From positions 10,962,275 through 11,026,274 of the forward strand of contig NC_134032.1 of the NCBI RefSeq assembly GCF_964204645.1: a stretch of DNA of 64,000 nucleotides. Reading direction: 5' to 3'. Numbering within the stretch: the first letter of the stretch is position 1; each line of letters begins with the position of its first letter. The DNA comes from Tubulanus polymorphus. Its lineage: Eukaryota; Animalia; Nemertea. The notes under the pieces were generated by a model. The model saw only the letters and a list, made by a program, of their open reading frames with translations. It did not search any database and had not been told where the DNA came from. Position numbers and translations under genes: made by a program. Shown here piece after piece: positions 62,401 to 64,000 of this stretch.

Positions 62401-63929
62401 GTGGTTCATGTATGTTCCTAGAAAGAAATTTGTTGAGGAATACTCAATTGCTAGCTTTGCCACAACACCAATAATCAGTTATTAACAAGATGTTTTAGTA
62501 ACTGGCCCGTTTTATATCAAATCTGGACACTTCAATGGTTTTCCAGGGTCGCCAACCTCGCTATCAGTGCTTTTTTTCAGTAATATTTCATCGAAATGAT
62601 CAAAGTAATCAGTAATCAACAGTAAAGACTGTCAGTTACATCTTCCACAAATTCTGTATGCATCAAACAAGTCAAACCAGTAATCCTCGTTATAAAAGAG
62701 TAACAAACACTGAAGAACAGTTGACAGCTCTGGTTAACCTTCTGAATTCTGATAATAATGACTATAAGAATCGATTCGTTTTTGCCACAACTTACCGAGT
62801 GCGCAAGGAATAGGTGCAGGTGATCCAGTCGGGCAGTAGAACCCAGCAGGGCAGACGTCGCCGGTGACGCCATCCGTCGGCTGGTTTGACTTCGAACCGT
62901 TTTTACAATAAAATCCAGCCGTGCACATATCTAGAACAGAAACCATTTAATGCCATCAAAATCGGTCGATTTTCAGCCAAAGATTGCTTTGTAGATTTCG
63001 CACTATTTTGAAAAGCTTTTTTCAAATAAAACTTCTTCAAGATTGTCTTCAACTCTACTTCAAAGAGATATTCATAAAAAGATTTTTGATTACTCAGAGA
63101 AATCCAAACGTAGTGTCATCCACTTATAATTTTGCTTTTAATCTTTTAAATTTGTACATAGTGGATTCTTCATTATACAGTAAACCTCCACCTAACGCAG
63201 ACAAATTTGATTTTGTCTTTGTTCAGAGTTTGAGTTTGTCAATAGTCCGAGTTGGCGATGTCTGACATAAGGTTTACTTTATTTACTTCCCAGTTTATGA
63301 AATAGTTACGATTACCTGTTACATTCGACAGTCCGGGAATGGCGCAGTAATAGCCGCCCGTACAGTCGAGACATTCCGCTAACGCCGCGCGTTGAGTCTC
63401 CGGTTGGTATGTGCCCGCCGGACACGCCATCGGCGTCGCCGTGCCGACCGGACAATAATGACCGACCGGACAAATATCTCCGTACGACTGACCAGCGGGA
63501 CTGCGAAGAATAGCTCCTAACGTACAGAAATAACCGGCCTCGCATTTACCGGACGGTTCGATGAGCCCTGAGAAAAAAAAAACATTTAATAAATCGGTGA
63601 AAAATATAAGGGATTGAATTTTTAAAATTTTCAATCCAGGGAATATGCTGATTCGAAAGGATATTAAAAGTAAATTTCCTATTTCTAAATCTTACCATCT
63701 GTTGCGCAGTAATGTCCGGGTGTACACTGTTGGCATTCTGTCACGTTATGTAAACCTGTTTCGTTGCTGAACGTTCCTTGCGGACATTTGACGCCCAAAA
63801 ACGACCCTTGAGGGCAATAGTAACCCGGCGGGCAGATATAGCCTGTAACGCCATCGGTCGGTCGGGCACTAGCCGCCCCAGAAACGCAAACGAAACCGGC
63901 ATCGCATTCGGCTTTCGGTTGAGTTTGAC
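21080..63929 (-). CDS. Giant single-pass membrane protein with tandem CPxGxYC (ephrin-receptor-like/GCC2-GCC3) Cys-rich repeats and long cytoplasmic coiled coil; 5' end outside window
   Basis: 68 hand-traced GT-AG exons with consistent phases: 63696-63929, 63316-63567, 62796-62930, 62094-62417, 61432-61599, 61218-61328, 60782-60970, 60065-60280, 59644-59925, 59201-59440, 58809-59075, 58453-58632, 57693-58070, 57017-57226, 56463-56762, 49772-49927, 49333-49515, 49093-49248, 48109-48318, 47541-47720, 47127-47399, 46773-46907, 46438-46662, 46168-46299, 45912-46076, 45545-45667, 45139-45310, 44778-44953, 44506-44697, 44197-44418, 43553-43806, 42795-43015, 42170-42390, 41889-42032, 41636-41800, 41172-41498, 40750-40858, 40391-40656, 40156-40311, 38654-39665, 38079-38226, 37869-37998, 36925-37294, 36257-36405, 35998-36172, 35375-35430, 34993-35278, 34158-34329, 33601-33763, 33040-33215, 32343-32537, 31605-31808, 30915-31121, 30365-30493, 29748-29942, 29062-29268, 28327-28530, 27760-28005, 27461-27649, 26632-26943, 25823-26092, 25160-25442, 24236-24568, 23666-23796, 23045-23208, 22372-22505, 21924-22078, 21080-21406 (TGA stop). 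Total 14,771 nt. Confidence 0.9.
28697..28932 (+). mobile_element. MITE family A (TIR CAGGGTGGCCAC/GTGGCCACCCTG, internal ttccctga repeats); other copies ~25490-25776, 30576-30836, ~33470-33579, ~38545-38620, 58104-58394, 60493-60743, 61631-61974
   Basis: Shared termini and internal sequence across intronic copies. Confidence 0.8.
32698..32950 (-). mobile_element. Retroposed insertion with 13-bp TSD, internal inverted repeat and degenerate hammerhead core (Penelope-like/retrozyme relic)
   Basis: atttggccatgac at 32685-32697 and 32951-32963; inverted arms ~32693-32747 and ~32859-32907; minus-strand CTGATGA-TGGCTG..TAGCC-GAAA at ~32773-32803. Confidence 0.65.
35998..36405 (-). CDS. Transmembrane-helix exons of the giant gene (split by intron 36173-36256)
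   Basis: Spliced product PDWALIIG|IIAFFATCALLLVVAVIVWRPR, with a basic stop-transfer sequence. Confidence 0.88.
38353..38489. mobile_element. MITE family B, PIF/Harbinger-like (TIR GGGCYRGTTGCA, 3-bp CWG TSD); related pieces at ~26230-26350, 30040-30300, 43898-43985, 61660-61740
   Basis: CAG|GGGCTGGTTGCATAGT ... ACTGTGCAACTGGCCC|CAG. Confidence 0.7.
38654..39665 (-). CDS. Largest exon of the giant gene: last Cys-rich repeats and transition region
   Basis: ORF 38650-39687 with CPVGHYCP, CPAGYYCP and similar repeats. Confidence 0.92.
48662..48937. mobile_element. piggyBac-type MITE, inverted relative to 20755-21035
   Basis: TTAA TSD, CCCTTTCAGTG TIRs, internal sequence matching the first copy. 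Confidence 0.85.
50031..50195. repeat. DIRS 3' ITR plus terminal extension
   Basis: 50076-50195 is the reverse complement of 56053-56172 with one mismatch; 50031-50057 is an extension found again only in the ICR. Confidence 0.93.
50253..50350. repeat. DIRS internal complementary region (ICR)
   Basis: 50253-50311 is the reverse complement of 50031-50089; 50310-50350 is the reverse complement of 56153-56193. Confidence 0.95.
50609..53536 (-). pseudogene. DIRS tyrosine recombinase frame overlapping the RT ORF; in-frame TAG at 51080-51082
   Basis: ORFs 51080-53536 and 50609-51040 share one frame (KNQRPG*VGRQWRIEALKHRVEPG). Motifs ARRSE, LCPVRAL, H-Q-V-W (for HxxR), W, TFTSFY. Confidence 0.9.
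51520..53691 (-). CDS. DIRS reverse transcriptase / RNase H / adenine-methyltransferase-like polyprotein (723 aa)
   Basis: LDLKDAY, LPFGL, YLDD (RT); TDAS..GWG, HINFLE, TDN, NVMADALSR (RNase H); DLFA..N, DAF..W, YAFPP (MT-like). Confidence 0.95.
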   Translation of the reverse strand: MPVGELARNFNNRVKPRPVVTVPVRIEARGRLQKGALPFGKTRNEFLGPVGGCLQKAATHWSDLFGDGWPSRVVSRGYRLRFLRRPRLTRSPPDMRPKPGQEALISPALKELAEKGAIEPVCNETSPGWFSRIFMVPKATGGQRTVIDLSSLNRHLDIPRFRMTKPKDVIQGLCPGQWAASLDLKDAYFPVPIHPKSRRFLRIKWKGRQFQFRSLPFGLSTAPWVFTKLVKSVQKVLQSRGVRLFVYLDDWLIVANSAQECREAMTSVLDLVHQLGFRVNREKSQLTPAQQFTYLGMDFDLRIGKVFPSMVRVAKLQEAVAGVSTTPRTARYWSRLLGSISSMGLVVPLGRLRSRRLQQYWKVFWSQSKGNWEALIPVPPTDLSPDLQWWAATTNLRLGVSLAPLEAPVRVFTDASHQGWGAHLENRVKAGKWSRYEATNHINFLEMLAVWKALKFFHRRVEGHHVWLATDNSTVRAYLQNQGGTHSETLTGLSAKILLWCQTKGVSLTVAHLAGKRNVMADALSRRGQAIATEWVLHQEVVDRVRGIFGNPLLDLFATRFNRRCPLFVSPFPDAEAWGVDAFSLDWSGMHAYAFPPTPVLPRLLDQIERSVNCNIVLIAPCWPAQKWFLPLLNLLCDNPRILPNFPSLLSQGIFRHHPNSQWLNLLAWPLSSDPCQLQAFQNRLPPLSQDLSGHQQVPFTMPNGVILRIGVLQGKLIHAHPL
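53558..55849 (-). CDS. DIRS ORF1 (gag-like) with N-terminal Cys/His finger and RS-rich region
   Basis: ATG at 55849; CGH..DNHDSCASC..C..SNPCNIC..W; 42-bp tandem repeat at ~55410-55500; position upstream of RT. Confidence 0.85.
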   Translation of the reverse strand: MPPPPKGQHRGGEGCGHLFGAWDNHDSCASCRRKSGQICARSNPCNICVVWSEDLWLRADKALKLRDRRRVSRDSSVSADVPTDVSNPVSYRKAERSPVVQVRSASQLRSPGRNAGSPAPVSGHSPVSGRSPAPVSGHSPVSGRSPVRPVRPVQTTCSEPSARRGSRERPAPVRSVPVRSGSGIGPVRSGSATGPVQTSSGSKHPVRSSSDSDRRSGDRARSPTRFRRRERNKRARSPSRRSRFDRERDYDRYCRKFRRRSSHRSSTSVSDESDSSSRSRSRSRDRHRSRHDRRDTGKYLTQKDFHVFEEKILNLLSSSQQVAATSTTGKPIPDCPVRSSPAHSVFRNSDSEFLDAAVGSDFNEDPVPEAAIPSGVVPVASNCGLPQTMGASLARNVSPSRSVLSEPAGDMPFRAMISEFFVKHGATRAKPTAAPLVGESMEAYRPPDSDLNVLRESSAVSREWARLDTQLWGECRPETFSFPPPERGMKSGKYFSSTDPPIGAFRSAYYATPGAVDHSHNCLDADYTLISPDTVTAQSGIRLPKSGLVAMTSILDNLTRVGSFQDMALKVLTGELRETHAAVHAGSDPESVALKLEGMDRIIQSLARSVSHVIPLSVRGQANLVLASRQSVMDSSAKTRLPDMVSNALLRAPLGTSSRLFSGWCAPVSAELRKIREVQAKSNPRTPWKKRSGPTPAAQGSARTQTGPSQTSALSQAASDAGWRTSAQLQQSCQASSGRNSSGSYRGKGKAPKRGSSFRKNSK
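56053..56193. repeat. DIRS 5' ITR
   Basis: Inverted match to the 3' ITR. Confidence 0.93.
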
Positions 63930-64000
63930 CTGCAAAATATTCCGACAATATCAGAGCTGATTAATTATACCATACCTGATTTGATGACGTAATAGGGGGA

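Noticed and set aside
63976-64000. Another exon at the window edge (CAG|GTATGG)
   Set aside because: It would need a 46-nt intron, shorter than the others here, and it lacks the Cys-repeat pattern; cannot be judged.

Overview
Eukaryotic DNA, probably from an invertebrate animal (inferred from AT-rich spliceosomal introns and the gene families). Left to right: (1) 1-7.7 kb holds a decayed ~1.4 kb tandem duplication, a long imperfect inverted repeat with C-rich tracts and a 50-bp minisatellite. (2) Three tandem intronless rhodopsin-class GPCR paralogues lie on the minus strand. (3) A small secreted single-VWA-domain gene lies on the plus strand. (4) The 3' ~43 kb of a giant minus-strand gene follows. 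I traced 68 phase-compatible GT-AG exons by hand (~14.8 kb CDS, ~4,900 aa in window; the 5' end lies beyond 64000). The protein has about 2,900 aa of CPxGxYCP Cys-rich repeats, an RRRLL site, one TM helix, ~1,600 aa of cytoplasmic coiled coil and a degenerate HxxxH zincin-like module. (5) One intron of that gene holds a structurally complete 6.16 kb DIRS1-type tyrosine-recombinase retrotransposon (gag, RT/RNase H/methyltransferase-like, YR, ITRs, ICR). Its recombinase carries an in-frame stop and an altered catalytic Arg. Introns also carry several MITE families. Two hammerhead-ribozyme-like relics occur, one intronic and one upstream of the GPCR cluster.
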